DNA of 64,000 bases from Bythopirellula sp. (lineage in GTDB: Bacteria; Planctomycetota; Planctomycetia; Pirellulales; Lacipirellulaceae): assembly GCA_965216565.1 (NCBI GenBank), contig OZ244170.1, forward strand, positions 864,001 through 928,000, written 5' to 3'. The notes beneath the pieces were generated by a model. It saw only the letters and a program-made list of their open reading frames with translations, was not told the DNA's origin and searched no databases. Positions 30,649 through 41,477 of the stretch are shown piece after piece. Position numbers and translations under genes: made by a program. Numbering within the stretch: the first letter of the stretch is position 1; every line of letters starts with the position of its first letter.

Positions 30649-30867
30649 ATGGACGCATACTCCTCAAGGAATCAACCGATGAAGTCAACTGAAAAGCTTA
30701 TGCCGGGGACTTCGAATTCTGAAAGTGTTGAGAACGAAATATCGCGTCTTTCCTGGGCAGTTGTCGATGGCCGGGCCACCGCTGAGCAACGCGAGCGCCT
30801 GGCTGAATTGGTGAGTGCCCAACACAGCCGGCGTCATCCACCCACCTCTGGGAATTCCATTCACTAG
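30649..30867 (+). CDS. small hypothetical protein
   Basis: 72-aa ORF; helical EISRLSWAVVDGRATAEQRERLAELV segment. Confidence 0.5.
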   Translation: MDAYSSRNQPMKSTEKLMPGTSNSESVENEISRLSWAVVDGRATAEQRERLAELVSAQHSRRHPPTSGNSIH

Positions 30868-31039
30868 TCGGTGCAAAAAACCCTCCGTGATAAACTGGAG
30901 AGTCTGCGTCTGACTTGACGATAGGGTATTTTAGGCAGAGCTGATGCTCTGTTCTGGCCCGCAATGGACGCGTGTCGCCCGCCGCTCCCCGCCCTCCTAG
31001 ACAAAGCGGTCACAAGTTCCTCCGACCGTCACGCCGTCC

Positions 31040-31669
31040 ATGATGCCTCAAAGTCCGCACTTCTTGCTTTTTTCCGAAGCAAGCCAGGATGAGTCTGCCA
31101 CGTTGAAGTGGCGATTCGTACTCCAAAACGTCCGCACTAAGCAGCGGCTCACTGCGACCGATTCGGAGCCGCTTGAGAGCTGCAGCGAGCGATTAGAGCT
31201 GCTTGCCGTCGTCCGAGGCCTAGAGGCGCTCGAATGCCCAGCGCAAGTCACACTGGTCACCAAGAGCCGCTATGTTAGCCGCGGCATTAAGAAGGGTCTG
31301 GCCGAGTGGCGCGAGAACGATTGGAGCTGGGAACGCTTCGGACGAATGGTCGCCGTACGCGATCATGACTTGTGGAAACGTATCGATCGTGCCCTCAGTT
31401 TCCATGAGGTCGACTGTCAGGCGTGGCTGTTCGAAATGCCGGAGCGACATTCCGTGCAGCCCGCCGCCTGTGGGGCTTCGACGGAGACCTCATCTACAGA
31501 ATCTGCCGGGGAGCCCAATTCTCCACGTTCGCATCAGCGTAGCCGCCTGCGGTCGCCTCGCAAGATTAGAAACCGGAAGGCAACGTCCTGGTCGGGCCGT
31601 TGGACAGAGGCGGTCGATGCTCTTTCGCGTCCGATGGGGTTATCGCTGGGGTCCGGATCGGCCGGATAA
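31040..31669 (+). CDS. RNase HI-like protein with degenerate active site
   Basis: RLELLAVVRGLEAL, SRYV..G...W..N.W, DLWKRID; catalytic Asp residues altered. Confidence 0.75.
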   Translation: MMPQSPHFLLFSEASQDESATLKWRFVLQNVRTKQRLTATDSEPLESCSERLELLAVVRGLEALECPAQVTLVTKSRYVSRGIKKGLAEWRENDWSWERFGRMVAVRDHDLWKRIDRALSFHEVDCQAWLFEMPERHSVQPAACGASTETSSTESAGEPNSPRSHQRSRLRSPRKIRNRKATSWSGRWTEAVDALSRPMGLSLGSGSAG

Positions 31670-31753
31670 CCTTCCTATCTCAGCTAGATTTTCATTGTTT
31701 TCAGTGCCATTGACGCCTCATTTGAATTAAAACAGTAGAAGAAGGATCGAATC

Positions 31754-33976
31754 GTGCGTTCCCAAGTTGATGTAAAGCAAATAGCACCAGTAGTTTATGG
31801 TTACCACGAGAATCCGTTTAACGTCTTAGGACCCCATCGGATCGAGGATAATGGCCGCCAGGCGTTGGCGGTGAGGGCATATTTACCAGAATCTCAGCAA
31901 GTGTGGCTCGTCGATCCCCTGAAAGGATCGTCCCAGCCCATGCGACAGATTCACCCGGCTGGGCTGTTCGAAGCAGTCACCAGTCCGGAGATTTTCGATA
32001 AAAAAATGGGCCGAAACTACCAGTTCCGATCCATCAATCAGTCCGGCGAACAAACCACAATGCACGATCCCTACTCATTTGATCCGTTGATTTCAGACTT
32101 CGACCTCCATTTGCTCGGCGAAGGTCGTCACTGGGATTGCTACCGCAAACTAGGTGCCCATCGGCGGGAAGTGAATGGCATCGAAGGCGTGAACTTCGCC
32201 GTGTGGGCTCCAAATGCTGAGAGCGTCAGTGTTGTGGGCGACTTCAACAAATGGGATCGCCGCACCCATGCCATGCGTAAGCACGGGCCAGGAGGAATTT
32301 GGGAAATCTTCGTTCCCGATTTGAAACTAGGGACCCTCTACAAGTTTTCCGTCAAGCAGCAGGGCGGGCATGTGATCGACAAGATCGATCCCTATGGTTT
32401 CGCCGCAGAGGTGCCACCGCTGACTGCGAACATCGTTTCGGATCTTGATGCCTATCAGTGGAAAGACGACGAGTGGATGAACAGTCGTGAAATCCACAAC
32501 GGTCTCGACGCGCCGATGTCTGTGTACGAGGTTCATTTGGGGAGCTGGCGACGCAACCACAATGGTGAAGGGCAGTGGCAGAACTATCGTGACCTGGCTC
32601 ACCAACTGGTCGACTACTGCAAAGAGATGAACTACACCCATCTCGAGTTGATGCCAGTGAGCGAACATCCCTTCACGGGTAGCTGGGGATATCAAACCGT
32701 CGGTTACTTTGCCGCGACCAGCCGCTACGGTTCACCAGAAGACTTCCAGTACTTTGTCGATCATTGCCATCAGAACGGAATTGGCGTGTTGATCGATTGG
32801 GTGCCGGCCCATTTCCCCAAAGATGGCCATGGCCTTGATACCTACGACGGTTCCGCACTCTACGAACACTCCGATCCTCGGCAGGGCGAGCACCCTGACT
32901 GGGGAACCAAAATCTTCAACTACGGCCGCAACGAGGTTAGCAACTTTCTGATCTCAAACGCATTGTTCTGGCTGGACAAATACCACATTGATGGCTTGCG
33001 AGTCGATGCAGTCGCCTCGATGCTTTATCTCGATTACAGTCGGGAAGATGGTGACTGGATTCCCAACGAATTCGGCGGACGCGAGAATCTGCAAGCGATT
33101 GATTTCATTAAGGAATTCAATGAGCAAGTTCACCTCCAATACCCTGGCGTATTAACAATTGCTGAAGAGTCAACTGCCTTTGGCGGTGTGTCGCGGCCAA
33201 CGTATCTGGGTGGACTCGGTTTTAGCCTGAAGTGGAACATGGGCTGGATGAACGACACGCTCAGCTACATGCGGCACGAACCGATTCATCGTCAGTACCA
33301 CCACGATGAACTAACATTCTCACTCATTTACGCCTTCAGCGAAAACTTCGCTTTGCCGTTTTCGCACGACGAAGTGGTGCATGGCAAAGGGTCGCTACTC
33401 GACCAAATGCCCGGCGACCTGTGGCAGCGATTTGCCAACCTGCGGTTGCTCTACGGTTATCAGTGGACTCATCCCGGCAAGAAATTGCAGTTTATGGGCT
33501 GCGAGATTGCCCAGTGGCAGGAGTGGGATTGCGAGAGCGAATTGCAGTGGGACTTGCTGCAATGGGATCTGCACAAAGGCATGCAAAAAATGGTCTCTGA
33601 CCTAAATGATGTGTACCGTCGCGAGCCGGCACTTCATCAGGTCGATTTCGACTGGACCGGTTTCGAATGGATTGATAGTCACAATTACACCGACAGCGTG
33701 ATGGTCTATATTCGCAAGGCGGAAGATCCGGACGACTTTATTTTCGTCGCGTGCAACTTTACGCCCGTCGTCAGGCACAACTATCGTTTGGGCGTGCCGG
33801 CTGAGGGTTGGTATGACGAGATATTCAATACCGACTCGCAGTTCTATGGCGGGAGCAACGTCGGCAACTACCCGGGTGTGGAAGCTCAGCCAACGGAAAG
33901 CCATAGCAGGCCGTACTCCATCGAGCTAACCCTGCCCCCGCTTAGCGTTGTGATGCTCAAGCCGCGCCGACAATAG
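31754..33976 (+). CDS. glgB: 1,4-alpha-glucan branching enzyme
   Basis: [45 protein letters not shown]. Confidence 0.96.
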   Translation: MRSQVDVKQIAPVVYGYHENPFNVLGPHRIEDNGRQALAVRAYLPESQQVWLVDPLKGSSQPMRQIHPAGLFEAVTSPEIFDKKMGRNYQFRSINQSGEQTTMHDPYSFDPLISDFDLHLLGEGRHWDCYRKLGAHRREVNGIEGVNFAVWAPNAESVSVVGDFNKWDRRTHAMRKHGPGGIWEIFVPDLKLGTLYKFSVKQQGGHVIDKIDPYGFAAEVPPLTANIVSDLDAYQWKDDEWMNSREIHNGLDAPMSVYEVHLGSWRRNHNGEGQWQNYRDLAHQLVDYCKEMNYTHLELMPVSEHPFTGSWGYQTVGYFAATSRYGSPEDFQYFVDHCHQNGIGVLIDWVPAHFPKDGHGLDTYDGSALYEHSDPRQGEHPDWGTKIFNYGRNEVSNFLISNALFWLDKYHIDGLRVDAVASMLYLDYSREDGDWIPNEFGGRENLQAIDFIKEFNEQVHLQYPGVLTIAEESTAFGGVSRPTYLGGLGFSLKWNMGWMNDTLSYMRHEPIHRQYHHDELTFSLIYAFSENFALPFSHDEVVHGKGSLLDQMPGDLWQRFANLRLLYGYQWTHPGKKLQFMGCEIAQWQEWDCESELQWDLLQWDLHKGMQKMVSDLNDVYRREPALHQVDFDWTGFEWIDSHNYTDSVMVYIRKAEDPDDFIFVACNFTPVVRHNYRLGVPAEGWYDEIFNTDSQFYGGSNVGNYPGVEAQPTESHSRPYSIELTLPPLSVVMLKPRRQ

Positions 33977-33985
33977 CAGGCGACT

Positions 33986-36241
33986 TTACTCGCCCGTACC
34001 TCGCAAGAACTGCTGCAAACGCTGGCCATCTAAGCCGGCTCGCTGGAATATTTGACCAATCAAGGCCCGCTGCATGCGTTGCGAGCGGAAGGCTTGCATG
34101 ATTTGCATCGCCTGCGAGGAATTTACCTCTGCCAGGAACGCTTGGTGAAGCTCGTCTTCGGTGCGTTCCTTTTGATCGACCCGCACGACATAGACGTCTG
34201 AACCGTCGAAATTGGGTAGTGCCACTACCTCGTTATCTTCCAAGGTAAAGACACGCTTGAGAAACTCGTCGCCAATGTGCTCCAGCGGAGGTACTTCGCT
34301 GAGTCGGGGCCCACGTCGCATCTCGGCCGCTGTGCTACCAAAGCTAAACCGGCTGAAAAAGTCGGTGACCACAACTTCATACTTCTCTTGATCGACGGCC
34401 GCCATCAGGGAAGAGCCTTCCTCCTCGGCTTTCTTGGCGATTTCCTGGCCTTTCTCTAGCGCCAATCGTTTGGCTTCGGCCATCTTCCAAGCTTCAGCAA
34501 CCTCTTCGCGGGCTTCTTCGAATGGTGGAGTCTGGGGAGCAATATCCTCGACTTTCAACACCAAGTAACGATAGCCATCGATGTCTACTGCAAGGGCAGG
34601 TTGGTAGGGCTTGAGCGTTTGGAAGGCCATCTGCACGACCGGCATAGTGGCCGTTTGCGAATCAATCGCCTTGCCAACAGCTGTCTTGCTTAGCTCCGAG
34701 GCCGTCAGGGGAACTGTCTCTTCCAGAAACAGGCCCTTCTCCTCGGCTAAGCCCGACAGGTCGGCCAATTCTTCCGGTACCTCAGGTGGATCGGTTTTGT
34801 CCGCCTCAGCAGCAACAACCTTCACTCCGTAGCGATTGTAGACGCTCGTGAGTGTGCTGTAGGCGCTATCCATTGCGCGAGACATCTCTTCAACCGCCTT
34901 ATCGGTGGCAAGTTGACGCCGAATTTGGTCGCGGACTTTGTCCAAGGGTTCGTAACGCGATTCGTCGTCATCTTCGTCTGCACCATCTTCTTCTGCAACG
35001 GTATCGGCTTGCTCCGATTCCTCAGAGTCGTCTGTATCGTTGGACTCGACATCGGTTTCGTTGCCAGACTCCTCTAGATCATCCTGGAAGGCAGCGAGGC
35101 GGAAGGGGCTTGGTTGGGAAACATTACCAGAGTCTTCGCCGGCAGGCTTTGCATCGGCGTCGTCTGATTCTTCCGAGTCAGATTCCGCTTCTTCCGAGTT
35201 TGAATTCTCCTCCGTCGAGTCTGCGTCGTCTTCTGATGCATTTTCGAAAATCTCGTCGAGCATGCCCGAGTTGTCGTCATCGAAGACCGAATCGAATTTA
35301 ACAAATTGAGTTCGTTTGTTGCGTTCGTAGTAGTCGGCGATTTCCTCGTCGGTCACCTTGTCGAGCATTTTTTCAGTCCAGGCCGTTACGTCGCCCAGCA
35401 GGAATTTCAGCTTCACCTTTCGGGGTTGTCTAAAACCGGCAGTCGGCGCTGGAAATTCCTTTCCGCCACGTCGGACGACACCGCCGTCGAACTGATTCTT
35501 GTGGCTTTCGTAGAAGTCCACGAGCTGCACCTCGGAAGGTTCTTCCACCTGGGAGAGGAAATCTTCGGCAGGAAGTATGGCTGCTTGGAGTTTGATGCGA
35601 TTGTTGAGCGTCAGCCATTCGTTCCAAATCAGCGAAGGATCAGCACCTTCCAACGAAGTGGAAAGGCTCTGCATATAGTTGTTGCCGAGCAACAGTTCGC
35701 GAAGGCCTTCGAATAAAACTTGTTCGCTCGTGGCGGGATTTTTGTATCGACCGACCCGCTGCAACACCTGGCTGATTTCGCCATCTTCTACCCGCCCCAA
35801 ACCAATCTCGCCCAGGTAGTGGTTGATGATTTCATCGGAGACGACCATCCCAGAATCCTTGGCCAAGTCTGCCAAGACCCGATCGAATACGACTTGTTCC
35901 GCAACTGTCTCTGGCTTGGCATCTCGATTGATGAAAAAGGGAGTCACAGACGGTTCAATATTGGTACCACCTTCTGCTTCGACGCGGGAACGACCGCCCG
36001 CATAAATATTTTGTAGCACTTCGCTAATGAAGTAGCGTCTTTGCTGCAGATTTCGGATTTCTCCAACGGTTATTTCGCCGCCCGACCAGCTCGTGACAAC
36101 TGTATCTTCGCGTCCATTCTGGTCGGAAGACATCATGCTGGTAAACATGTCTGCAAACACAAAGACAACCATTGCCAGCACTGCGGCAACAGCTAGAAAA
36201 ACCTTCTGGTGCTTGCGGAATAGGGAAAACGGGCTCGCCAT
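33986..36241 (-). CDS. SurA/PpiD-like membrane-anchored chaperone (hypothetical) with a long acidic insert
   Basis: FRKHQK plus N-terminal anchor; VTDEEIADYYE; PLDKVRDQI; FEEAREEV. Confidence 0.6.
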   Translation of the reverse strand: MASPFSLFRKHQKVFLAVAAVLAMVVFVFADMFTSMMSSDQNGREDTVVTSWSGGEITVGEIRNLQQRRYFISEVLQNIYAGGRSRVEAEGGTNIEPSVTPFFINRDAKPETVAEQVVFDRVLADLAKDSGMVVSDEIINHYLGEIGLGRVEDGEISQVLQRVGRYKNPATSEQVLFEGLRELLLGNNYMQSLSTSLEGADPSLIWNEWLTLNNRIKLQAAILPAEDFLSQVEEPSEVQLVDFYESHKNQFDGGVVRRGGKEFPAPTAGFRQPRKVKLKFLLGDVTAWTEKMLDKVTDEEIADYYERNKRTQFVKFDSVFDDDNSGMLDEIFENASEDDADSTEENSNSEEAESDSEESDDADAKPAGEDSGNVSQPSPFRLAAFQDDLEESGNETDVESNDTDDSEESEQADTVAEEDGADEDDDESRYEPLDKVRDQIRRQLATDKAVEEMSRAMDSAYSTLTSVYNRYGVKVVAAEADKTDPPEVPEELADLSGLAEEKGLFLEETVPLTASELSKTAVGKAIDSQTATMPVVQMAFQTLKPYQPALAVDIDGYRYLVLKVEDIAPQTPPFEEAREEVAEAWKMAEAKRLALEKGQEIAKKAEEEGSSLMAAVDQEKYEVVVTDFFSRFSFGSTAAEMRRGPRLSEVPPLEHIGDEFLKRVFTLEDNEVVALPNFDGSDVYVVRVDQKERTEDELHQAFLAEVNSSQAMQIMQAFRSQRMQRALIGQIFQRAGLDGQRLQQFLRGTGE

Positions 36242-36673
36242 AGATGTGTCCGGGAAGATCGAAGACCGATTTGCAGCCACTTGACAGCTTGACCGGTGCA
36301 GCAGTAATGATTGTGGTAATGTACCACCGATTAGATGGCCCGTGATTCTATTGCAGATTGACGTAAATGCAATCCCAATCGGTAGTGTCGGCGAGAGCCA
36401 GCGTCAGGGGACGGAACCCGTCGGGTTGAGTGGAGACCAAATTGGAATCTCTCAAACTGCCCAAGTTAACGGATAAATGCCGCCCAAACGGGGGGTTTTT
36501 GTCGTTTGGTTCAGACCAATGGCAGAGGTACGAAGGGTTGTTTGTCCGGTTGAGGCTGGTAAGGATTGGTCCGATCAACAGGCGGAACGAGACTTTACTC
36601 ACGCCAGACCCATATATATGCGGATAAACAACCACATTAGCCCATCCGGAACGAGAATCAGACTTTATCAACC

Positions 36674-39424
36674 ATGGCGAAGAAAAAGACATCCTCCGCA
36701 GCCAGTGGCAAAGGCCAGGCCCTGGTAATCGTAGAATCGCCGGCCAAGGCGAAAACCATTGGCAAATATCTTGGCAAAGGTTTTCGTGTTGAGGCCAGCA
36801 TCGGCCATATTCGCGACCTGCCCCAAGGTGCCAAGCAGATCCCTGCCAAATATAAGGGAGAGAGCTGGTCGAATCTCGGCGTCAACGTCGAGGACGAGTT
36901 CAAGCCAATCTACGTCATCCCTCCCGGCAAGTCGAAGCAGATCAAGCTGCTGAAGGATCAACTCAAAGAATCGAACGCTCTGTATCTGGCGACGGACGAA
37001 GACCGCGAAGGAGAGGCCATCAGTTGGCACCTGATGGAAGTCCTCAAACCGAAAGTGCCGGTGCATCGGTTGGTTTTTCACGAAATCACCAAAGATGCCA
37101 TCCAGGAGGCATTGGCCGGTCCTCGCGAAGTGGACGAAGGGATGGTGCGTGCTCAGGAAACTCGCCGTATTCTCGATCGCCTCTTTGGCTACGAAGTTTC
37201 GCCTTTGCTGTGGCGGAAGGTTCGGCCAAAGCTCTCGGCTGGACGCGTGCAAAGCGTAGCCGTGCGTTTGATTGTCGAACGTGAACGCGAGCGGATGGCT
37301 TTTGTTTCGGGAACTTGGTGGGACTTGCTTGGCATGTTTGCTAAAGACGATGGTCAGTCCCTTGAAGCACCCCTGATGACCGTCTCCGGCAAAAAGATCC
37401 CCTCGGGAAAAGACTTCGATTCAACGAACGGCAAGTTGAAGAGCGACGACTTTATGTTGCTCGACGAACAAGCGGCTCGTGATCTGATTGCCAAAATCCA
37501 GCAGGGCGAATTTAAGGTTACCTCGGTAGAAGAGAAACCGTACTCCTCGAAGCCTTCGCCACCGTTTACTACGAGTACGCTGCAGCAGGAATGCAATCGC
37601 AAGCTCGGCTTCACAGCCCGTCGCGCGATGCAGGTGGCCCAGAGCCTGTATGAAAATGGCCACATCACTTACATGCGAACCGACTCGACGAATCTAGCCA
37701 AGGTGGCGATCGAGGACGCCCGCGACCTCGTCGAGCGTAATTACGGGGCCGACCATCTTCCCGACAAGCCGCGGGAATATAAGTCGAAAGTTAAGAACGC
37801 CCAGGAAGCTCACGAAGCGATCCGCCCTGCAGGCCATCCGTTCGAATTGCCCGAGGCAATGAAGACGCAGCTTAACAACGACGAATTTCGATTGTTCGAT
37901 TTGATTTGGAAGCGGACGATTGCCAGCCAGATGGCTGATGCCCGTGGCCGCCGGATTGTGGTGGTCATCGAAGGCGAAGATTGCCGGTTCCAAGTCAGCG
38001 GTAAAACGATCGACTTCCCCGGCTACTTGCGGGCTTACGTCGAAGGCTCTGACGATCCCAACGCCGAATTGGCCGATCAGGAAAAGGCGCTGCCCAATGT
38101 CGAGGTCGGCGAAGTGCTCAAGTGTACGTCGCTTGATGCCAAGGAGCACTGGACGCAACCACCCGGACGGTTCAGCGAAGCCTCGCTCACGAAGGCTTTG
38201 GAAGAACGCGGTATCGGCCGACCGAGTACTTATGCGTCGATTATCGATACAATTCTGGCGCGTAACTACGTGTTCAAAAAGGCTAGCGCGTTGGTGCCCA
38301 CCTGGGTGGCGTTCTCGGTGGTGACTCTACTCGAAGAGAATCTCGAAAACTTAGTCGACTATCGCTTTACCGCACAGATGGAAGATGATCTCGATTCGAT
38401 CAGCCGCGGCGAGCAGGGGCATATTGACTACCTGGAGAAATTCTACTTCGGCAACGGCAGCCCTGGGCTCAAGAAGCAGTTAGAAAACAAGATCGATGAG
38501 ATCGACCCGGCCAAGATCAGCCGTATCTACATCGGCCAGCCCGAAGGTGGCGAGCCTGTTTATGTGCGTGTCGGACGTTACTCTCCCTACGTGGAGCAGG
38601 GAGAACGCACCGCGTCGCTCAAGGATGAAACTCCACCCGACGAGGTCACCCTGGAATCGGCTCTCAAACTTCTCGAGCAGGCCGAGATCGCTGAGGAGCC
38701 TTTAGGCACCTGCCCCACGACCAACAAGCCAGTGTACCTGAAGGTCGGACGCTTCGGTCCCTATGTGCAGCGCGGCCATCCCGATGACGAAGAGAAGCCC
38801 CAGAATGCGGGTCTGCTGAAAGGCATGGAGCCGGAACAGGTCGATTTCGAAACGGCACTGAAGCTGCTTTCGCTGCCGCGTGAGTTGGGCGTTCATCCCG
38901 CCACGGAAGATTCGCGTAGCGAAAAGCCGGTGATGGCCTTCAATGGTCGTTACGGACCGTACGTGAAGTGTGGCGACGAAACTCGATCGTTGCCGGCAGA
39001 AGTTTCGCCGCTGGATGTCACGATGCAGCAGGCGGTGGAACTGTTGGCCCAACCGAAAACTCGTGGACGGGGTGCCGCGGCAAAGAAAGAGCCGCTCAAG
39101 ACGTTCGACCCTTCGCCCGTCACCGAAAAGCCAGTCCAGATTCTTGATGGTCGCTATGGGCCATACATCACCGATGGCGAAACCAACGTTTCGCTCCGCA
39201 AGGGGATGGTGACCGAAGAGATTACTTTTGACGAGGCGGTATCGATGCTTGCGGAAAAGGCCGCCCAAGGCCCGCCGAAGAAAAAGAAGAAGAAAGCCAA
39301 AAAGAAGGCCGCCAAGAAAAAGTCGACAACCAAGAAGAAATCTACAACGAAAAAGAAGGCGGCGAAGAAGAAATCCACGACTAAGAAGTCGACAGCGAAG
39401 AAAGCAACTAAGAAAAAGGCTTAG
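36674..39424 (+). CDS. topA: DNA topoisomerase I with Lys-rich C-terminal tail
   Basis: IVESPAK, ATDEDREGE, GRVQS, YMRTDS, AHEAIRP, GRYGPY repeats. Confidence 0.97.
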   Translation: MAKKKTSSAASGKGQALVIVESPAKAKTIGKYLGKGFRVEASIGHIRDLPQGAKQIPAKYKGESWSNLGVNVEDEFKPIYVIPPGKSKQIKLLKDQLKESNALYLATDEDREGEAISWHLMEVLKPKVPVHRLVFHEITKDAIQEALAGPREVDEGMVRAQETRRILDRLFGYEVSPLLWRKVRPKLSAGRVQSVAVRLIVERERERMAFVSGTWWDLLGMFAKDDGQSLEAPLMTVSGKKIPSGKDFDSTNGKLKSDDFMLLDEQAARDLIAKIQQGEFKVTSVEEKPYSSKPSPPFTTSTLQQECNRKLGFTARRAMQVAQSLYENGHITYMRTDSTNLAKVAIEDARDLVERNYGADHLPDKPREYKSKVKNAQEAHEAIRPAGHPFELPEAMKTQLNNDEFRLFDLIWKRTIASQMADARGRRIVVVIEGEDCRFQVSGKTIDFPGYLRAYVEGSDDPNAELADQEKALPNVEVGEVLKCTSLDAKEHWTQPPGRFSEASLTKALEERGIGRPSTYASIIDTILARNYVFKKASALVPTWVAFSVVTLLEENLENLVDYRFTAQMEDDLDSISRGEQGHIDYLEKFYFGNGSPGLKKQLENKIDEIDPAKISRIYIGQPEGGEPVYVRVGRYSPYVEQGERTASLKDETPPDEVTLESALKLLEQAEIAEEPLGTCPTTNKPVYLKVGRFGPYVQRGHPDDEEKPQNAGLLKGMEPEQVDFETALKLLSLPRELGVHPATEDSRSEKPVMAFNGRYGPYVKCGDETRSLPAEVSPLDVTMQQAVELLAQPKTRGRGAAAKKEPLKTFDPSPVTEKPVQILDGRYGPYITDGETNVSLRKGMVTEEITFDEAVSMLAEKAAQGPPKKKKKKAKKKAAKKKSTTKKKSTTKKKAAKKKSTTKKSTAKKATKKKA

Positions 39425-39428
39425 TTTG

Positions 39429-39833
39429 ATGACGCTGCGGAGTATTATCACAGATTCAGTCGTCCTCCCAGCCCCTGCCTATGAACTGTTCGAGATGTAT
39501 CTCGACTCCCGACAGCATGAGGCCATTACGGGGCATCCGACGACGGTCGATTCGAAAACTGGTTCACCATTTAAGGCCTTCGATGGTATGCTCACCGGCA
39601 CGATGTTGCGTGCAGTTCGGCCGCAACTCATCGTGCAATCTTGGCGATCGGCCCACTTTCACGACGACGATGTCGATTCCACGCTGATACTTATGTTCAC
39701 ACCAGCCGGCGACCAAGAAGGCCGCATTGATCTGGTGCATTTAGACGTCCCGTCACACGATTACCAGCAGGTGGTCGAGGGATGGAAGACGCACTATTGG
39801 GAGCCATGGCGGAAGTATCTTGGCTCTCATTGA
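39429..39833 (+). CDS. SRPBCC/AHSA1-like protein
   Basis: IVQSWR, GWKTHYWEP. Confidence 0.8.
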   Translation: MTLRSIITDSVVLPAPAYELFEMYLDSRQHEAITGHPTTVDSKTGSPFKAFDGMLTGTMLRAVRPQLIVQSWRSAHFHDDDVDSTLILMFTPAGDQEGRIDLVHLDVPSHDYQQVVEGWKTHYWEPWRKYLGSH

Positions 39834-39842
39834 CGAGAGACG

Positions 39843-40250
39843 TTAGCCGGTCGGTTCGGGGGCCAATCCCTCGGCCACGGCATATGCCGTGGCGTGACTG
39901 CGGCAGTGCGAGATGCTGATGTGCATTTTGCGGATGCCGGACTGCTCGAACACTTCCTTGGCTCCACCGCAGAGGGCGATGGTCGGTGCTCCGCCTTGCT
40001 TGTTCCGTACTTCGACATCACGCCACGAGATGCCGCGTCGCCAGCCGGTACCCAATGCCTTCAGCACGGCCTCCTTGGCAGCCCAGCGACCAGCGTAATG
40101 CTGGGTGGCGGCCTTCTTGGTCGAGCAATAACCGATCTCATGCTCGGTATAGACGCGGCGGATAAACAGGTCGCCGTGGCGTTCGATCATCTGCGCGATT
40201 CGCAGACACTCAATGATGTCGGTGCCAATGCCAAATATTTGCGTGGACAC
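39843..40250 (-). CDS. acpS: holo-ACP synthase
   Basis: GIGTDI, RWAAKEAVLKALGTG, ISISH. Confidence 0.93.
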   Translation of the reverse strand: MSTQIFGIGTDIIECLRIAQMIERHGDLFIRRVYTEHEIGYCSTKKAATQHYAGRWAAKEAVLKALGTGWRRGISWRDVEVRNKQGGAPTIALCGGAKEVFEQSGIRKMHISISHCRSHATAYAVAEGLAPEPTG

Positions 40251-40292
40251 GATGGACTGCTTTCCGCTTTTATCAGATTGATTAAACTAGGA

Positions 40293-40384
40293 GCCACGGA
40301 GATCACAGAGGACACGGAGAAACGTGGACATGCTGTGTTTATCTCAAGGATTTCTTTCTCTCTTATCTCTGTGAACTCTGTGGC
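40293..40384. repeat. inverted arms of 9-nt tandem units (CACAGAG)
   Basis: gccacggag atcacagag gacacggag ... ctctgtgaa ctctgtggc. Confidence 0.75.
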
Positions 40385-40407
40385 ATTTGATTTTAGTAAT
40401 AGACAGT

Positions 40408-41376
40408 CTAGTAGCCCTTCAAACCACAGGCGTTCTGGGCGCGTTCCAGTACCTCTCCTGCTTTGCGGCGAGCCAGCGAGGCACCGGTTGCCAGGATATC
40501 GCGTACGTCATCGGGTCGAGAGGACCAATCGTCGCGTTGCGCGCGCGCTTCGGAAAAGAAGGCTTCCGCAGCCTCAGCCAGCGACTTCTTTACGTCGCCA
40601 TAGCCAAAACCTCCGCGACGGTACATGGCCGCCATCTCCTCGCATTGTTGCTCGGAAGCCACTAGCGAGTAGAGCTGATACAACACATCGTTCTCTGGTT
40701 CCTTAGGCTCTTCCATTGGACGCGAGTCAGTGGCGATCCGCATAATCTGTTTCCGCTGTGGTTTGACTTCGTCGAACACGGCTAGAAAGTTGTTGTAGCT
40801 CTTCGACATCTTTTCGCCGTCGGTACCAGGGACTCGGGCTGAGCTATCGAGAACTTTGGCTTTCGGCAAGACGAAGACTTCACCAAACTCGTGATTAAAA
40901 CTGCCGGCGATGTCGCGGGTAACCTCGATGTGCTGCACTTGGTCTTCACCCACGGGGACAATGTCGCTGTCGTAACCTAGGATGTCGGCTGCCTGGAGCA
41001 CAGGGTAGGCAAACAAACCCACGTCAGCGGAAAGTCCTTTGGCCTTTTTATCTTTGTAAGCATGGCACCGTTCGAGGAGGCCCATCGGTGTGCCTGTCAT
41101 CAGCAACCAGCAAAGTTCGCTAATCTCGGGAACATCCGACTGCACAAAGAGCACCGCCTGCTCGGGATCCAGCCCGAGGGCGAGCAAGTCCATTGCCGCG
41201 TCGAGCGTGTACTGTGCCAATTGCTCTTGATCGCGGACGGTGGTCAGGGCGTGCAAATTGGCGATGAAGTAAAACGCCTGCTCGTTGTTTTGCAGATCGA
41301 TGTACTGTGTGATCGCTCCGAAGTAGTTGCCCCAATGAGGCCGCCCGGTTGGTTGGATACCGCTGAGTACACGCAT
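40408..41376 (-). CDS. trpS: tryptophan--tRNA ligase
   Basis: [33 protein letters not shown]. Confidence 0.96.
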   Translation of the reverse strand: MRVLSGIQPTGRPHWGNYFGAITQYIDLQNNEQAFYFIANLHALTTVRDQEQLAQYTLDAAMDLLALGLDPEQAVLFVQSDVPEISELCWLLMTGTPMGLLERCHAYKDKKAKGLSADVGLFAYPVLQAADILGYDSDIVPVGEDQVQHIEVTRDIAGSFNHEFGEVFVLPKAKVLDSSARVPGTDGEKMSKSYNNFLAVFDEVKPQRKQIMRIATDSRPMEEPKEPENDVLYQLYSLVASEQQCEEMAAMYRRGGFGYGDVKKSLAEAAEAFFSEARAQRDDWSSRPDDVRDILATGASLARRKAGEVLERAQNACGLKGY

Positions 41377-41382
41377 GTGGAA

Positions 41383-41477
41383 ATGTAAGATGTTAGATGT
41401 GTGATTTATGATGTAGATGGAAGTTGGACGATTGCTCAGAGAATAACATCAACAATCACACATCTCACATCATACAT
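41383..41477. repeat. inverted arms of 7-nt tandem units (ATGTNNG), copy 1
   Basis: atgtaag atgttag atgtgtg atttatg ... catcaac aatcaca catctca catcata cat; overlaps the pyrD stop codon. Confidence 0.75.

Noticed and set aside
29128..31669. HD dNTPase plus RNase H-like gene as an antiphage or retroelement system
   Set aside because: No reverse transcriptase or defence-island context; the genes are separated and embedded among housekeeping genes.
34950..35290. Low-complexity TCGTC/TTC-rich tract
   Set aside because: It encodes an in-frame Asp/Glu-rich linker of the SurA/PpiD-like protein.
39270..39424. AAG-rich low-complexity DNA as a repeat element
   Set aside because: It encodes the Lys-rich TopA tail, a known feature.
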